Origin: Macrostomum hystrix
Taxonomy: Eukaryota; Animalia; Platyhelminthes
DNA length: 64,000 nucleotides
Reading direction: 5' to 3'
Assembly (NCBI GenBank): GCA_950097015.1
Contig: CATNEN010000038.1
Location: 2,480,001 to 2,544,000 of the forward strand
Shown here: piece after piece, positions 39,665-53,860 of the stretch
Position numbering within the stretch: position 1 is the stretch's first letter
Layout: the number at the start of each line of letters is the position of its first letter
Translations under genes and position numbers: made by a program
Notes under the pieces: model-generated
Told to the model about the DNA's origin: nothing
Database searches by the model: none
What the model saw: only the letters and a program-made list of their open reading frames with translations

Positions 39665-40780
39665 AGTTTATCTATCAATCTACGAGTTTATCTATCAATC
39701 TACGAGTTTATCTATCAATCTACGAGTTTATCTATCAATCTACGAGTTTATCTATCAATCTACGAGTTTATCTATCAATTTACGAGTTTATCTATCAATC
39801 TACGAGTTTTTCTATCAATCTTCGAGTCTGTCTATCAATCTAAACGTTTGTCTATCAATCTAAACGTCTGTCTATTAATCTATGAGTCTGTCTACCAATC
39901 TAAACGTTTGTCTATCAATCTAAACGTCTGTCTATCAATCTATGAGTCTGTCTACCAATCTACGAGTCTATCAATCTACGAGTCTCTCTATCAATCTAAG
40001 AGTCCGTCTAACAATCCCTAAGTCTGTCTATCAATCTATGAGTCTCTCTATCAATATACGAGTCTCTCTATCAATCTACGAGTCTATCAATCTACGAGTC
40101 TCTCTATCAATCTGCGAGTCTCTCTATCAATCTACGAGTCTCTCTATCAATCTACGAGTCTCTCTATCAATCTACGAGTCTCTCTATCAATCTACGAGTC
40201 TCTCTATCAATCTACGAGTCTCTCTATCAATCTACGAGTCTCTCTATCAATCTACGAGTCTCTCTATCAATCTACGAGTCTCTCTATCAATCTACGAGTC
40301 TATCAATCTACGAGTCTCTCTATCAATCTACGAGTCTCTCTATCAATCTACGAGTCTCTCTATCAATCTACGAGTCTCTCTATCAATCTACGAGTCTATC
40401 AATCTACGAGTCTCTCTATCAATCTACGAGTCTCTCTATCAATCTACGAGTCTCTCTATCAATCTACGAGTCTCTCTATCAATCTACGAGTCTCTCTATC
40501 AATCTAAGAGTCCGTCTATCAATCCCTAAGTCTATCTATCAATCTATGAGTCTATCTATCAATCTATGAGTCTCTCTATCAATCTTCGAGTCTGTCTATC
40601 AGTTTACAAGTCTGTCAATCTAAGAGTTTTACTATTAAATCTATCTGTCAATAAATCTTACAGGGACCCTATCAATCTACGAGTCTGACTATCAATCTAA
40701 AAGTCTGTCTATCAATCTACGAGTCTGTCTATCAGTCTACTACGAGTCTATCAATCTACGAGTGTGGCTATCAATCTAGG
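39665..40780. repeat. 20-bp minisatellite (tctatcaatctacgagtctc), degenerate at the edges
   Basis: Direct periodicity; scattered relics also at ~42245-42400. Confidence 0.92.
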
Positions 40781-40997
40781 AGTCAATTTATCTGTCTACG
40801 ATTATGTCATCAATTTACGAGTCTATCAATTTATTTATATACGAATCAGTAAACCTGTCAATCCACGAGTTTATCAGTCAATGCCAAATCCACCTGTTGC
40901 TTTTAGAAGACAGCAGGAACATTATTCTAGCGCTTTGAATGTGCGAGTGTCACACGTTAATTTTTCGACAACCGACCTGCATTCTAAAGCGAACCAC

Positions 40998-41321
40998 TTA
41001 ATTGTACGCATGTGGAAACGAAATCCTGCGCAAAGAGCAAAATACGATCCTATAACGGTAAAGAGCGAAGCTGGGAATGAAGAAATAGCGAACGCAGATT
41101 GCATAGGAATTGTACAGACACAGTGTGTGCACACACCATGCACAACAAGGTAAAACATACTGGGAGAGATTGGAAAAGAGTTCGGGATCGTTATAGTCAA
41201 ATCCCTGCTGCATGGGTGGTTGCTTTCGGACTTGACAACCGCTCCAAGAGTGTGCCTCGCAGGCGATAGGTGCAACGGCCAGCAACAGCAGCGGCAGCAG
41301 CATGCATGCGCAAAGCTCCAT
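40998..41321 (-). CDS. Possible small secreted protein (signal peptide MLLPLLLLAVAPIACEA)
   Basis: Hydrophobic leader with a small-residue cleavage site; putative in-frame 90-nt GT-AG intron at 41071-41160. No family recognised with confidence. Confidence 0.35.
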   Translation of the reverse strand: MELCACMLLPLLLLAVAPIACEAHSWSGCQVRKQPPMQQGFDYNDPELFSNLSQYVLPCCAWCVHTLCLYNSYAICVRYFFIPSFALYRYRIVFCSLRRISFPHAYN

Positions 41322-41854
41322 TAAAAGCTTTCCAAGTTTAAAGACTATGTCTAAACAAAACAGTACTAGATTTTCATGCGCCGTGTACATTTATGTACAT
41401 TTATGACTTCGGAATACAGCAAGCTGTCTCTGTGCAGGCTGGTGTCGTGTGCAGATCAAAGGATCTGTGTCGACTTCAAATCGACTCACCTTCCGGGTGC
41501 TGTCTAGGCTCCAACTGTGTCTCCTTAGTGTCTTCAGCCTCATCAGTCAAGTTGGTCAATGCATATATATAGATAGATATATATATTTACGAGCGAATGG
41601 ACATAGCAAAGGACCAACAAACTGCATCCAGAAGTGGGCTAGCAAAAAACCTGTCGACCAATGAGGCGAAGGGAACGCTGGTTCGCAGGGACCCTACAAA
41701 CTCGCGGTCTTGTTTGGGCTTCCAAGAATTAAGTTTGAAAATGCGCAAGAGCTTGATAAACTAGCAAGTTTTGCCCCCCGAAGGGGAGCAGAAATATTTT
41801 TAATTCGTCTAGTATATTCTTTTTAGCAGCTGTATTTTCAGCTTTGTAAAGCTA

Positions 41855-42120
41855 CAATGATCCCCCAGTTGACAATGATCCCCCAGTTGACAATGATCCC
41901 CCAGTCGACAATGATTCCCTAGTTGACAATGATCCACAGTTGACAATGATCCCCCAGTTGATGATGATCCCCCAGTTGACAATGATCCCCCAGTTGACAA
42001 TGATCCCCCAGTTGACAATGATCCCCCAGTTGATGATGATCCCCCAGTTGACAATGATCCCCCAGTTGACAATTATCCTCCAGTTGACAATGATCCCCAG
42101 TTGACAATGATCCCCAGTTG
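41855..42120. repeat. 18-bp minisatellite (gttgacaatgatccccca)
   Basis: Direct periodicity. Confidence 0.9.
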
Positions 42121-45066
42121 TAGGTTACTTTAACAAAGTGCGCAGTTACATGCGAATAGCAACTTGGTGTACTTTTATTAAGGAGTAAATAATTGTCGTT
42201 TTACTGGGATAGATAAAAATTATGTACTTGCACTGCATTTAACTAGTCTATCGATTTATCAATCTACTAGTCCGTCAATCTGTCAATCTACTAGTGTGTC
42301 TAATCTATCATTTTACGAGTCAATCTATGAATTTACAAGTCCCAATCTACCAGTAGTACGAGTCTGTCTATATGTACCAACCTATGAATTTTTCTTTACG
42401 AGTAAATACGTGAGAACCACTGTCTACCAGTGTCTGTTCGCCATTCGCCATCAATTCGCCAATAATTAACAGTCGCCTGTAATTTAATAAATAGTGTGTG
42501 ACAGTGTGTTTATTAGTGATTGCGAGTGAGTGAGTGAGTGAGTGAATGAGTGAGTGAGTGAGCTGTTTTTCATCAATTCAAAGGCCAATATACTACGAAT
42601 GTTAATTAAGAACGAAGCAGAGCGTTACAAGCAAGCTGGGGACACGAAAAGTTAAATATTATATATGCAGCCTAAATTCATAAATTGACTCAAACAACTC
42701 ACTAAAGTGTTGTCTCAAGCCGGTATTTTAGGGCATTTGATAGATAACTTAATTTTTATTTTTCTTGTTCTACGCATGCAGTATGTACGTGGCGACTGCA
42801 TTAGATCATGCAATACTGGCGAAAAAGGTGACAAACAACGTGCAACTTTGTTCCTGCTGCTTTGAAGTTTCACTCCAATCGTCTTGACAATTTCTTCTAA
42901 TTAGTGCATGTGTGCATTGAAAGCACTTAACAGGCATGTGCTGTACTTTCAATGTCAACAGACATTTATTTGTTGTCGTTGCAACTCTAGTATTAATTCG
43001 GTTAGTACAGATAAGCACCGGTAGTCACTTCAACATTCAAGTTTTATTCAGAAATATTCTTAAATAGTGCTCCATAATTGTTCACGCCTAATTGATATTG
43101 ACCGGCAAGTAAGCCTGAGTCACTCACCTAGAGAGCTCTAGATAGGAACAAAATGTCAGAACAAACCCACTTAAAGCATGCACCATAGAAAGCGAGCTGT
43201 GATTATTATTAAGTACAAGGTATGCTGCGGACATCAACCAATCAAAATGCATCTGGCTGGCGCCCCATTGTGTTAAATTCAAATAATTCAAGTTCAAACA
43301 AAAAGTTTCTTATTTAAACTCGCTAAATTAAATTGCTTTTCTAGGAAAATAATGCTGGAGCTGCTCAGCTGCATAGAGTGAGCGGATGCGGATGTCTAAA
43401 AATGAATGAACTATTGCTGCTCTCTTAGGGCTACAGTTCTTTCTGTTACTATCCAAGTTCATTTCCTCCAAGCGTAGGCCTAGGACTACACCATTTATAT
43501 AGCACCAGCAGTCATGCACCATCACCATGCACCAGTTTTACCATGTTATCTGGTCTTAGGCCTAGCTAGCCTAGACGGCATTAAGTATGGTTTCGTTCGT
43601 TAAACTCAAAATCGCGCGAAAATCGAAATCTAAGACCGTAATGATCTTGTGGCAGTGTCTATGGCCAAAATAGGGCCTATACCCCATGGTCGGTGGCGCT
43701 GACGTGGCAGTTGCGCTGGTGAGGAGTGCGATTTCAAATTCAAATTTAGAAAGCCTAGAAAGTTAGCCTTAACGCTTATGCTAGGATGACTTGGCTGTCT
43801 TGGCCTACTGAATGCCTAATTTATTTTAATTTTTATAAGCAGCAAAGTTTTATCCAGCCTCACAAATTTTTCATATAGGGCTTAGGCCTAGTTATTGGCT
43901 TAGCTTGGCTAACTTATGCCTATGGCCTGGGCTTGCTGATGCTGCCTTCCTAAGTCTAAACCACGACTTATTGTCATTGATCACATATTAATATTGACTC
44001 ATGCGACTATATATTCTGCCTAATCAAAGTTTGCCTGAACTCCTACCTGGGATTAACAAGGTTTCCATGCATTTTTTAGATTTGTTTACTCTATAAGACT
44101 AGGCCTAGACTGATCTGATATTGATAGGCTCTTTCATTTTCTACTAAAAGGCCATCTGAATAAGGGCCACTTACAACTGATTGGTATAGAAAACTAGACT
44201 GATAACCTTAAATATGGCTAACCCAAAAATATTTAATTTGCAAATACAAAGACAATAGGGCCTAAACTTAGGCCTAAAGTCAAACTTAAGTTAACAGTAC
44301 TAGTAGGTCTACTTTATTCATTTATACTATATTATAGGCCTAATATAGCTATCTACCTGTCAGTGTCATTTGTGGCATAACACTAAGTGGCATGATAGGT
44401 GGCATCAACTGTACTGTAAGTTGTGTCACTAATTGATAAGTTGCATCAAGTGGCATTACATAGAAGGAATTTTCTAAAGAAAAACCATCCCAGCTACTAT
44501 CTCATCTAGTAGCTAGCTAGCCAAGAAGCATTTTAGGCTCTATCCAGATCAATCCTAGCCAACAAAATATATTTAGAGCTCACACATGTCCTAATAGTTT
44601 TTCCTACCATGCTCAAATAAAGCATTTCTTTATATTTACTTAGCATTTCGCATGTGAAATTGTTTGAAATATTTCTTACTTTGTATTAACTTGAAATGAA
44701 AATGAAAAATAATATAATATTTAAGTATATTCATTTTACTGAAATAACCCAACCTTCTTGTGTATTAATATATATTTAAAAAATTCAAAAGGAAAGTTTT
44801 TTCCTAGACTCAATTTCAGAACCCTTATCTGTTTGTCACCCCAAGCATGAAAAACATGTAAAATAATTGTGTTGGAGCCTATATCTTGAAGTAAAGCATT
44901 GTTTTTTAGTCTTATTACAGTAAGCACAATAATGGTTCACTACATGCTTATTATTAGACAATTTGTCACAGTAAGTTTTTTTTCCAATTTTTTCAGCTTT
45001 CAAGTACTGTTTATCTAACCGCTAAAAGTACACATTGCTCAGCAAGGCATCAGAAGAACTCGGAGA

Positions 45067-46725
45067 ATGTCAGCATCAGGTCAAGCTGCTTGGATTCCTT
45101 ATCGCAACAGGCCCGACTGGTCCGATGTGACCCCGCTGAAACAGGACGAGGTCGAGCGAGCAGTATTGCGCATTGCCTACACTGAGAAATTCTCGGACGT
45201 ACACGACTACCTGCGGGCATGCATGCGATTGGATGAGCGGTCCCAGCGAGCCCTGGCCCTCACCGCCGATGCCATCGACCTGAATCCGGCCAACTATTCA
45301 ACCTGGAGTTATCGCCGCGCCATTCTTTCTAGTTTAGACTGCGATCTGCATGCCGAGATGCGCATGATTCGAGGTATAATTCTGCGCAATCAGAAGAATT
45401 ATCAGGTCTGGTATCACCGAAGATGGGTGGCAACCCGACTGCCTGGAGCTGATGGCGCCTCGGAGCTCGAGCTCACTGGTTTGTGCTCATTTTGAGGCTG
45501 GCAAGGATAGCTGTGCCGAACACGTTACTATACAGACTGGGATAATAACACATCAGAATACAGACTGGGATAATAACACATCAGAATACAGACTGGGATA
45601 ATAACACATCACAATACAGACTGGGATAATAACACATCAGAATACAGACTGGGATAATAACACATCAGAATACAGACTGGGATAATAACACATCACAATA
45701 CAGACTGGGATAATAACACATCAGAATACAGACTGGGATAATAACACATCACAATACAGACTGGGATAATAACACATCAGAATACAGACTGGGATAATAA
45801 CACATCACAATACAGACTGGGATAATAACACATCAGAATACAGACTGGGATAATAACACATCACAATACAGACTGGGATAATAACACATCAGAATACAGA
45901 CTGGGATAATAACACATCACAATACAGACTGGGATAATAACACATCAGAATACAGACTGGGATATAACACACCAGGGATCCGCTATATTGGTTCCAAATG
46001 GGTCCTTATTGAATCAGTGGGATAATCAATATCTTGAGGTACCGGACCAGATGGGAATAATCAATGGTTATCCTATCAAACCCAACCCAGGCGAGGTGCT
46101 GAACGAGGACGCCAAGAACTATCACGCATGGGAGCATCGGCAATGGGCCATTCGTCATTTTAATTTGTGGGATCACGAATTGGCTTTCACTGAGCGCCTC
46201 ATTAGCAACGATGTCCGCAACAACTCTGCCTGGCATCAGCGACATTATGTTTTAACTAATAGAAATCGACAGAGCGTCCCTAGCAACGGTTGCCAGGAGA
46301 GCTTAGAAGAAGATTCCGGCCTCTCGCCGGAAGTTGTAGCCGCCGAGACGGACTTTGTACTGGACTGGATCAGCCAGTGTCCGGCCAATGAGAGCGCGTG
46401 GAGCTTCCTCCGCGGCCTGCACTCGGACACCGGATTGGCCAGCTGTCCCAGGCTGCTGCAGTTCGGCCGCGATCTGCTGGCTCAGGACGCCAACTGTGCG
46501 CATCTGCTGGCCTTTCTAGCCGATTTCAGGGCTGACCAGCTTGACAGGCGATGCCCGCTGGCCGATGGCGAAACTCGCGAGTCCGTTGCTACGGAAGCGC
46601 TGCAGCTGTACCACAGCCTGGCAACCAGGGCAGACAGGATTCGCCGGCGCTACTGGCTGTTTCTGGCGGCCGAACTGCGGGCCAAGCACGGCGGCCTGAT
46701 GCCCACCGATCCATGTGATAACTGA
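45067..46725 (+). CDS. FNTA: Protein farnesyltransferase/geranylgeranyltransferase-I alpha subunit; exons 45067-45478 and 46091-46725, ~348 aa
   Basis: PYRNRPDWSDVTP, IAYTEKFSDVHDYLRA, and PPTA repeats NPANYSTWSYRR, KNYQVWYHRR, DAKNYHAWEHRQW, DVRNNSAWHQR, PANESAWSFLRG, C-terminal DRIRRRYW. Phase-1 intron G|gtttgt...cccag|GC. Confidence 0.94.
45531..45971. repeat. 28-bp minisatellite in the FNTA intron (tacagactgggataataacacatcagaa)
   Basis: Direct periodicity with largely alternating cagaa/cacaa variants. Confidence 0.95.
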
Positions 46726-46794
46726 GGGGATAAATTGTCTGCCTGGGATGCCACTGTTGGTACAGCCAATTATCCTCATAATCCCCATAACTCC

Positions 46795-48297
46795 CCATAT
46801 CCTAAAGGTAGAGTCAATTATCCTCGCCATATCCTGATGGTAGAGTCAATTATCCTCCCCATATCCTGATGGTAGAGTCAATTATCCTCGCCATATCCTG
46901 ATGGTAGAGTCAATTATCCTCCCCATATCCTGATGGTAGAGTCAATTATCCTCGCCATATCCTGATGGTAGAGTCAATTATCCTCGCCATATCCTGATGG
47001 TAGAGTCAATTATCCTCCCCATATCCTGATGGTAGAGTCAATTATCCTCGCCATATCCTTATGGTAGAGTCAATTATCCTCGCCATATCCTTATGGTAGA
47101 GTCAATTATCCTCGCCATATCCTGATGGTAGAGTCAATTATCCTCGCCATATCCTGATGGTAGAGTCAATTATCCTCCCCATATCCTGATGGTAGAGTCA
47201 ATTATCCTCCCCATATCCTGATGGTAGAGTCAATTATCCTCGCCATATCCTGATGGTAGAGTCAATTATCCTCGCCATATCCTGATGGTAGAGTCAATTA
47301 TCCTCGCCATATCCTGATGGTAGAGTCAATTATCCTCCCCATATCCTGATGGTAGAGTCAATTATCCTCGCCATATCCTGATGGTAGAGTCAATTATCCT
47401 CCCCATATCCTGATGGTAGAGTCAATTATCCTCCCCATATCCTGATGGTAGAGTCAATTATCCTCGCCATATCCTGATGGTAGAGTCAATTATCCTCGCC
47501 ATATCCTGATGGTAGAGTCAATTATCCTCCCCATATCCTGATGGTAGAGTCAATTATCCTCCCCATATCCTGATGGTAGAGTCAATTATCCTCGCCATAT
47601 CCTGATGGTAGAGTCAATTATCCTCCCCATATCCTGATGGTAGAGTCAATTATCCTCGCCATATCCTGATGGTAGAGTCAATTATCCTCGCCATATCCTG
47701 ATGGTAGAGTCAATTATCCTCGCCATATCCTTATGGTAGAGTCAATTATCCTCGCCATATCCTTATGGTAGAGTCAATTATCCTCGCCATATCCTGATGG
47801 TAGAGTCAATTATCCTCCCCATATCCTGATGGTAGAGTCAATTATCCTCCCCATATCCTGATGGTAGAGTCAATTATCCTCGCCATATCCTGATGGTAGA
47901 GTCAATTATCCTCGCCATATCCTGATGGTAGAGTCAATTATCCTCCCCATATCCTGATGGTAGAGTCAATTATCCTCCCCATATCCTGATGGTAGAGTCA
48001 ATTATCCTCCCCATATCCTGATGGTAGAGTCAATTATCCTCCCCATATCCTTATGGTAGAGTCAATTATCCTCGCCATATCCTGATGGTAGAGTCAATTA
48101 TCCTCGCCATATCCTGATGGTAGAGTCAATTATCCTCGCCATATCCTGATGGTAGAGTCAATTATCCTCGCCATATCCTGATGGTAGAGTCAATTATCCT
48201 CGCCATATCCTGATGGTAGAGTCAATTATCCTCGCCATATCCTGATGGTAGAGTCAATTATCCTCCCCATATCCTGATCGTAGAGTCAATTATCCCC
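46795..48297. repeat. 32-bp minisatellite (gtagagtcaattatcctcgccatatcctgatg), ~47 copies, 70 nt after the FNTA stop
   Basis: Direct periodicity. Confidence 0.96.
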
Positions 48298-48858
48298 ACT
48301 ATATCATTTCAGGATTTCTAGCATTAATCCCGCTAGAGACTAGCCTACTAATTCAGGAAATAGTGACTAGGCAGTTTTCTCAATCCGAATTGTCACTGTA
48401 CGGTAAAAAAACTTTTAATGTGTAATTAATAATAATAAGGTTAATATATCACTCAAAATGACTAGATTTTTCATTTCTTTACCATTGTTTTCTTGTCTAC
48501 TTGAAGTACATGTTTATATTCCTATGCCTAGAAATTTGTTGCTACTATTGGCCAACTCAAGAATTCTCTTAACAACCTTCTAATTTTTAGCTTTACTAAG
48601 TTGTCCAGTTTTGTTACTGACACTTGCTAATATAATGTATTTTGTTAAAAACTTGCTTTACAGTGGTAGTCAAGCAAGTAACAATAGCCAAGTAAGTACG
48701 GATAAGTAAAAAACTAAAGTTTATAAGAAAATTTCTAGCGAAAAAAATTAGGACATTGCATGAAGCATAATAGACAGTTTAAAAATTAATGTCGAATAAT
48801 TTTTGAACACATTCAGTTCAATTATGTTTTACACTCTATTTTTTCTTATTTTACAATT

Positions 48859-51800
48859 ATCTCACCCTAGAAACAGCAATCCCAGAATCTCACCCTAGAA
48901 ACAGCAATCCCAGAATCTCACCCTAGAAACAGCAATCCCATAATGTCACCCTAGAAACAGCAATCCCATAATCTCACCCTAGAAACACCCTAGAAACAGC
49001 AATCCCATAATCTCACCCTAGAAACACCCTAGAAACAGCAATCCCATAATCTCACCCTAGAAACAGCAATCCCATAATCTCACCCTAGAAACACCCTAGA
49101 AACAGCAATCCCATAATCTCACCCTAGAAACAGCAATCCCATAATCTCACCCTAGAAACACCCTAGAAACAGCAATCCCATAATCTCACCCTAGAAACAG
49201 CAATCCCAGAATCTCACCCTAGAAACAGCAATCCCAGAATCTCACCCTAGAAACAGCAATCCCATAATCTCACCCTAGAAACAGCAATCCCATAATCTCA
49301 CCCTAGAAACAGCAATCCCAGAATCTCACCCTAGAAACAGCAATCCCAGAATCTCACCCTAGAAACAGCAATCCCATAATCTCACCCTAGAAACACCCTA
49401 GAAACAGCAATCCCATAATCTCACCCTAGAAACACCCTAGAAACAGCAATCCCATAATCTCACCCTAGAAACAGCAATCCCATAATCTCACCCTAGAAAC
49501 ACCCTAGAAACAGCAATCCCATAATCTCACCCTAGAAACAGCAATCCCAGAATCTCACCCTAGAAACAGCAATCCCAGAATCTCACCCTAAAAACAGCAA
49601 TCCCATAATCTCACCCTAGAAACAGCAATCCCATAATCTCACCCTAGAAACAGCAATCCCAGAATCTCACCCTAGAAACAGCAATCCCAGAATCTCACCC
49701 TAGAAACAGCAATCCCACAATCTCACCCTAGAAACAGCAATCCCATAATCTCACCCTAGAAACACCCTAGAAACAGCAATCCCATAATCTCACCCTAGAA
49801 ACAGCAATCCCACAATCTCACCCTAGAAACACCCTAGAAACAGCAATCCCATAATCTCACCCTAGAAACAGCAATCCCATAATCTCCCCCTAGAAACAGC
49901 AATCCCATAATCTCACCCTAGAAAAAGCAATCCCATAATCTCACCCTAGAAACAGCAATCCCATAATCTCACCCTAGAAACAGCAATTCCAGAATCTCAC
50001 CCTAGAAACAGCAATTCCAGAATCTCACCCTAGAAACAGCAATCCCATAATCTCACCCTAGGAACAGCAATCCCAGAATCTCACCCTAGAAACAGCAATC
50101 CCATAATCTCACCCTAGAAACAGCAATCCCATAATCTCACCCTAGAAACAGCAATCCCATAATCTCACCCTAGAAACAGCAATCCCATAATCTCACCCTA
50201 GAAACAGCAATCCCAGAATCTCACCCTAGAAACAGCAATCCCAGAATCTCACCCTAGAAACAGCAATCCCATAATCTCACCCTAGAAACAGCAATCCCAT
50301 AATCTCACCCTAGAAACAGCAATCCCAGAATCTCACCCTAGAAACAGCAATCCCATAATCTCACCCTAGAAACAGCAATCCCAGAATCTCACCCTAGAAA
50401 CAGCAATCCCAGAATCTCACCCTAGAAACAGCAATCCCATAATCTCACCCTAGAAACAGCAATTCCAGAATCTCACCCTAGAAACAGCAATCCCAGAATC
50501 TCACCCTAGAAACACCCTAGAAACAGCAATCCCATAATCTCACCCTAGAAACAGCAATCCCATAATCTCACCCTAGAAACTGCAATTCCAGAATCTCACC
50601 CTAGAAACAGCAATCCCATAATCTCACCCTAGAAACAGCAATCCCATAATCTCACCCTAGAAACTGCAATTCCAGAATCTCACCCTAAAAACAGCAATCC
50701 CAGAATCTCACCCTAAAAACAGCAATCCCAGAATCTCACCCTAGAAACAGCAATCCCAGAATCTCACCCTAAAAACAGCAATCCCATAATCTCACCCTAG
50801 AAACAGCAATCCCAGAATCTCACCCTAGAAACAGCAATCCCAGAATCTCACCCTAGAAACAGCAATCCCAGAATCTCACCCTAGAAACAGCAATCCCAGA
50901 ATCTCACCCTAGAAACAGCAATCCCAGAATCTCACCCTAGAAACAGCAATCCCAGAATCTCACCCTAGAAACAGCAATCCCAGAATCTCACCCTAGAAAC
51001 AGCAATCCCATAATGTCACCCTAGAAACAGAAATTCCATAATCTCACCCTAGAAACACCCTAGAAACAGCAATCCCATAATCTCACCCTAGAAACACCCT
51101 AGAAACAGCAATCCCATAATCTCACCCTAGAAACAGCAATCCCATAATCTCACCCTAGAAACACCCTAGAAACAGCAATCCCATAATCTCACCCTAGAAA
51201 CAGCAATCCCATAATCTCACCCTAGAAACACCCTAGAAACAGCAATCCCATAATCTCACCCTAGAAACAGCAATCCCAGAATCTCACCCTAGAAACAGCA
51301 ATCCCAGAATCTCACCCTAGAAACAGCAATCCCATAATCTCACCCTAGAAACAGCAATCCCATAATCTCACCCTAGAAACAGCAATCCCAGAATCTCACC
51401 CTAGAAACAGCAATCCCAGAATCTCACCCTAGAAACAGCAATCCCATAATCTCACCCTAGAAACACCCTAGAAACAGCAATCCCATAATCTCACCCTAGA
51501 AACACCCTAGAAACAGCAATCCCATAATCTCACCCTAGAAACAGCAATCCCATAATCTCACCCTAGAAACACCCTAGAAACAGCAATCCCATAATCTCAC
51601 CCTAGAAACAGCAATCCCAGAATCTCACCCTAGAAACAGCAATCCCAGAATCTCACCCTAAAAACAGCAATCCCATAATCTCACCCTAGAAACAGCAATC
51701 CCATAATCTCACCCTAGAAACAGCAATCCCAGAATCTCACCCTAGAAACAGCAATCCCAGAATCTCACCCTAGAAACAGCAATCCCACAATCTCACCCTA

Positions 51801-53185
51801 GAAACAGCAATCCCATAATCTCACCCTAGAAACACCCTAGAAACAGCAATCCCATAATCTCACCCTAGAAACACCCTAGAAACAGCAATCCCATAATCTC
51901 ACCCTAGAAACAGCAATCCCACAATCTCACCCTAGAAACACCCTAGAAACAGCAATCCCATAATCTCACCCTAGAAACAGCAATCCCATAATCTCCCCCT
52001 AGAAACAGCAATCCCATAATCTCACCCTAGAAAAAGCAATCCCATAATCTCACCCTAGAAACAGCAATCCCATAATCTCACCCTAGAAACAGCAATTCCA
52101 GAATCTCACCCTAGAAACAGCAATTCCAGAATCTCACCCTAGAAACAGCAATCCCATAATCTCACCCTAGGAACAGCAATCCCAGAATCTCACCCTAGAA
52201 ACAGCAATCCCATAATCTCACCCTAGAAACAGCAATCCCATAATCTCACCCTAGAAACAGCAATCCCATAATCTCACCCTAGAAACAGCAATCCCATAAT
52301 CTCACCCTAGAAACAGCAATCCCAGAATCTCACCCTAGAAACAGCAATCCCAGAATCTCACCCTAGAAACAGCAATCCCATAATCTCACCCTAGAAACAG
52401 CAATCCCATAATCTCACCCTAGAAACAGCAATCCCAGAATCTCACCCTAGAAACAGCAATCCCATAATCTCACCCTAGAAACAGCAATCCCAGAATCTCA
52501 CCCTAGAAACAGCAATCCCAGAATCTCACCCTAGAAACAGCAATCCCATAATCTCACCCTAGAAACAGCAATTCCAGAATCTCACCCTAGAAACAGCAAT
52601 CCCAGAATCTCACCCTAGAAACACCCTAGAAACAGCAATCCCATAATCTCACCCTAGAAACAGCAATCCCATAATCTCACCCTAGAAACTGCAATTCCAG
52701 AATCTCACCCTAGAAACAGCAATCCCATAATCTCACCCTAGAAACAGCAATCCCATAATCTCACCCTAGAAACTGCAATTCCAGAATCTCACCCTAAAAA
52801 CAGCAATCCCAGAATCTCACCCTAAAAACAGCAATCCCAGAATCTCACCCTAGAAACAGCAATCCCAGAATCTCACCCTAAAAACAGCAATCCCATAATC
52901 TCACCCTAGAAACAGCAATCCCAGAATCTCACCCTAGAAACAGCAATCCCAGAATCTCACCCTAGAAACAGCAATCCCAGAATCTCACCCTAGAAACAGC
53001 AATCCCAGAATCTCACCCTAGAAACAGCAATCCCAGAATCTCACCCTAGAAACAGCAATCCCAGAATCTCACCCTAGAAACAGCAATCCCAGAATCTCAC
53101 CCTAGAAACAGCAATCCCAGAATCTCACCCTAGAAACAGCAATCCCAGAATCTCACCCTAGAAACAGCAATCCCAGAATCTCACT
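48859..53185. repeat. 28-bp satellite (aatctcaccctagaaacagcaatcccag) with 39-bp variant units and a ~2.1-kb higher-order duplication
   Basis: Direct periodicity; rare variant units recur in the same order ~2.1 kb apart. Confidence 0.96.
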
Positions 53186-53254
53186 TTTCAGACTGAACCA
53201 AATCCTTGATCCTCACCTGTGGGTGTCTGACAATTTGCAACCTAACAAATTGAA

Positions 53255-53746
53255 ATGTCAAGCAAAAGCAGCAGCGGCAGCAGCAATGCTGACAGTTTTA
53301 GCCGTCGCCTGCAGAAGGAGCTGATGGAGCTGATGAGCTGCGGTGGCGAAGGCGCGTCAGCATTCCCAGACGGCGAGAGTCTCGCCAAATGGACGGCCAC
53401 TCTGCGGGGCCCGGACGGCACGCCGTACGAAGGCGACGTGTACAAACTGTCTCTGGAGTTCCCGGCCGATTATCCGTTCCGCAGTCCCGCCGTGAAGTTC
53501 ACCACGCCCTGCTTTCATCCGAATGTGGACCAATTCGGCAACATCTGCCTGGACATCCTGCGCGAGAAGTGGAGCGCCCTGTACACGGTCAGGACCATCC
53601 TACTGTCCATCAGATCGCTGCTGGGCGAACCTAACAACGGCAGCCCGTTGAACCCGCTGGCCGCCGCCCAGTGGCCGGATCCGAAGAAATTCGTGGAGAC
53701 AAAGCGAGCCTTTCAGGATAGGCGAGGCCATGCCGGTCAGCAGTGA
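53255..53746 (+). CDS. UBE2C: Ubiquitin-conjugating enzyme E2 C (UbcH10/E2-C family), 163 aa, single coding exon
   Basis: [54 protein letters not shown] (catalytic Cys), LLGEPN, SPLN are typical of UBE2C. Confidence 0.93.
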   Translation: MSSKSSSGSSNADSFSRRLQKELMELMSCGGEGASAFPDGESLAKWTATLRGPDGTPYEGDVYKLSLEFPADYPFRSPAVKFTTPCFHPNVDQFGNICLDILREKWSALYTVRTILLSIRSLLGEPNNGSPLNPLAAAQWPDPKKFVETKRAFQDRRGHAGQQ

Positions 53747-53860
53747 GAAATGTCCCAGGGCCAGCTTTTCTCTGTCTACTTCAATCTCCCGTGCTTGTTT
53801 TGTATGGAATATTTCTGATCTTAGCTCATTGTGACTTATCAGCTTGTGAATAGATTGAAA

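Noticed and set aside
41490-41543. ATG-initiated segment MRLKTLRRHSWSLDSTRK with a GTGAGT donor, as another PKA first exon
   Set aside because: The donor is phase 0 for this frame and incompatible with the phase-1 acceptor; the phase-1 frame has no ATG.
48859-53185. Telomeric repeat (CCCTAG/CCCTAA-like)
   Set aside because: The hexamer occurs once per 28-bp unit, not as a tandem telomeric tract.
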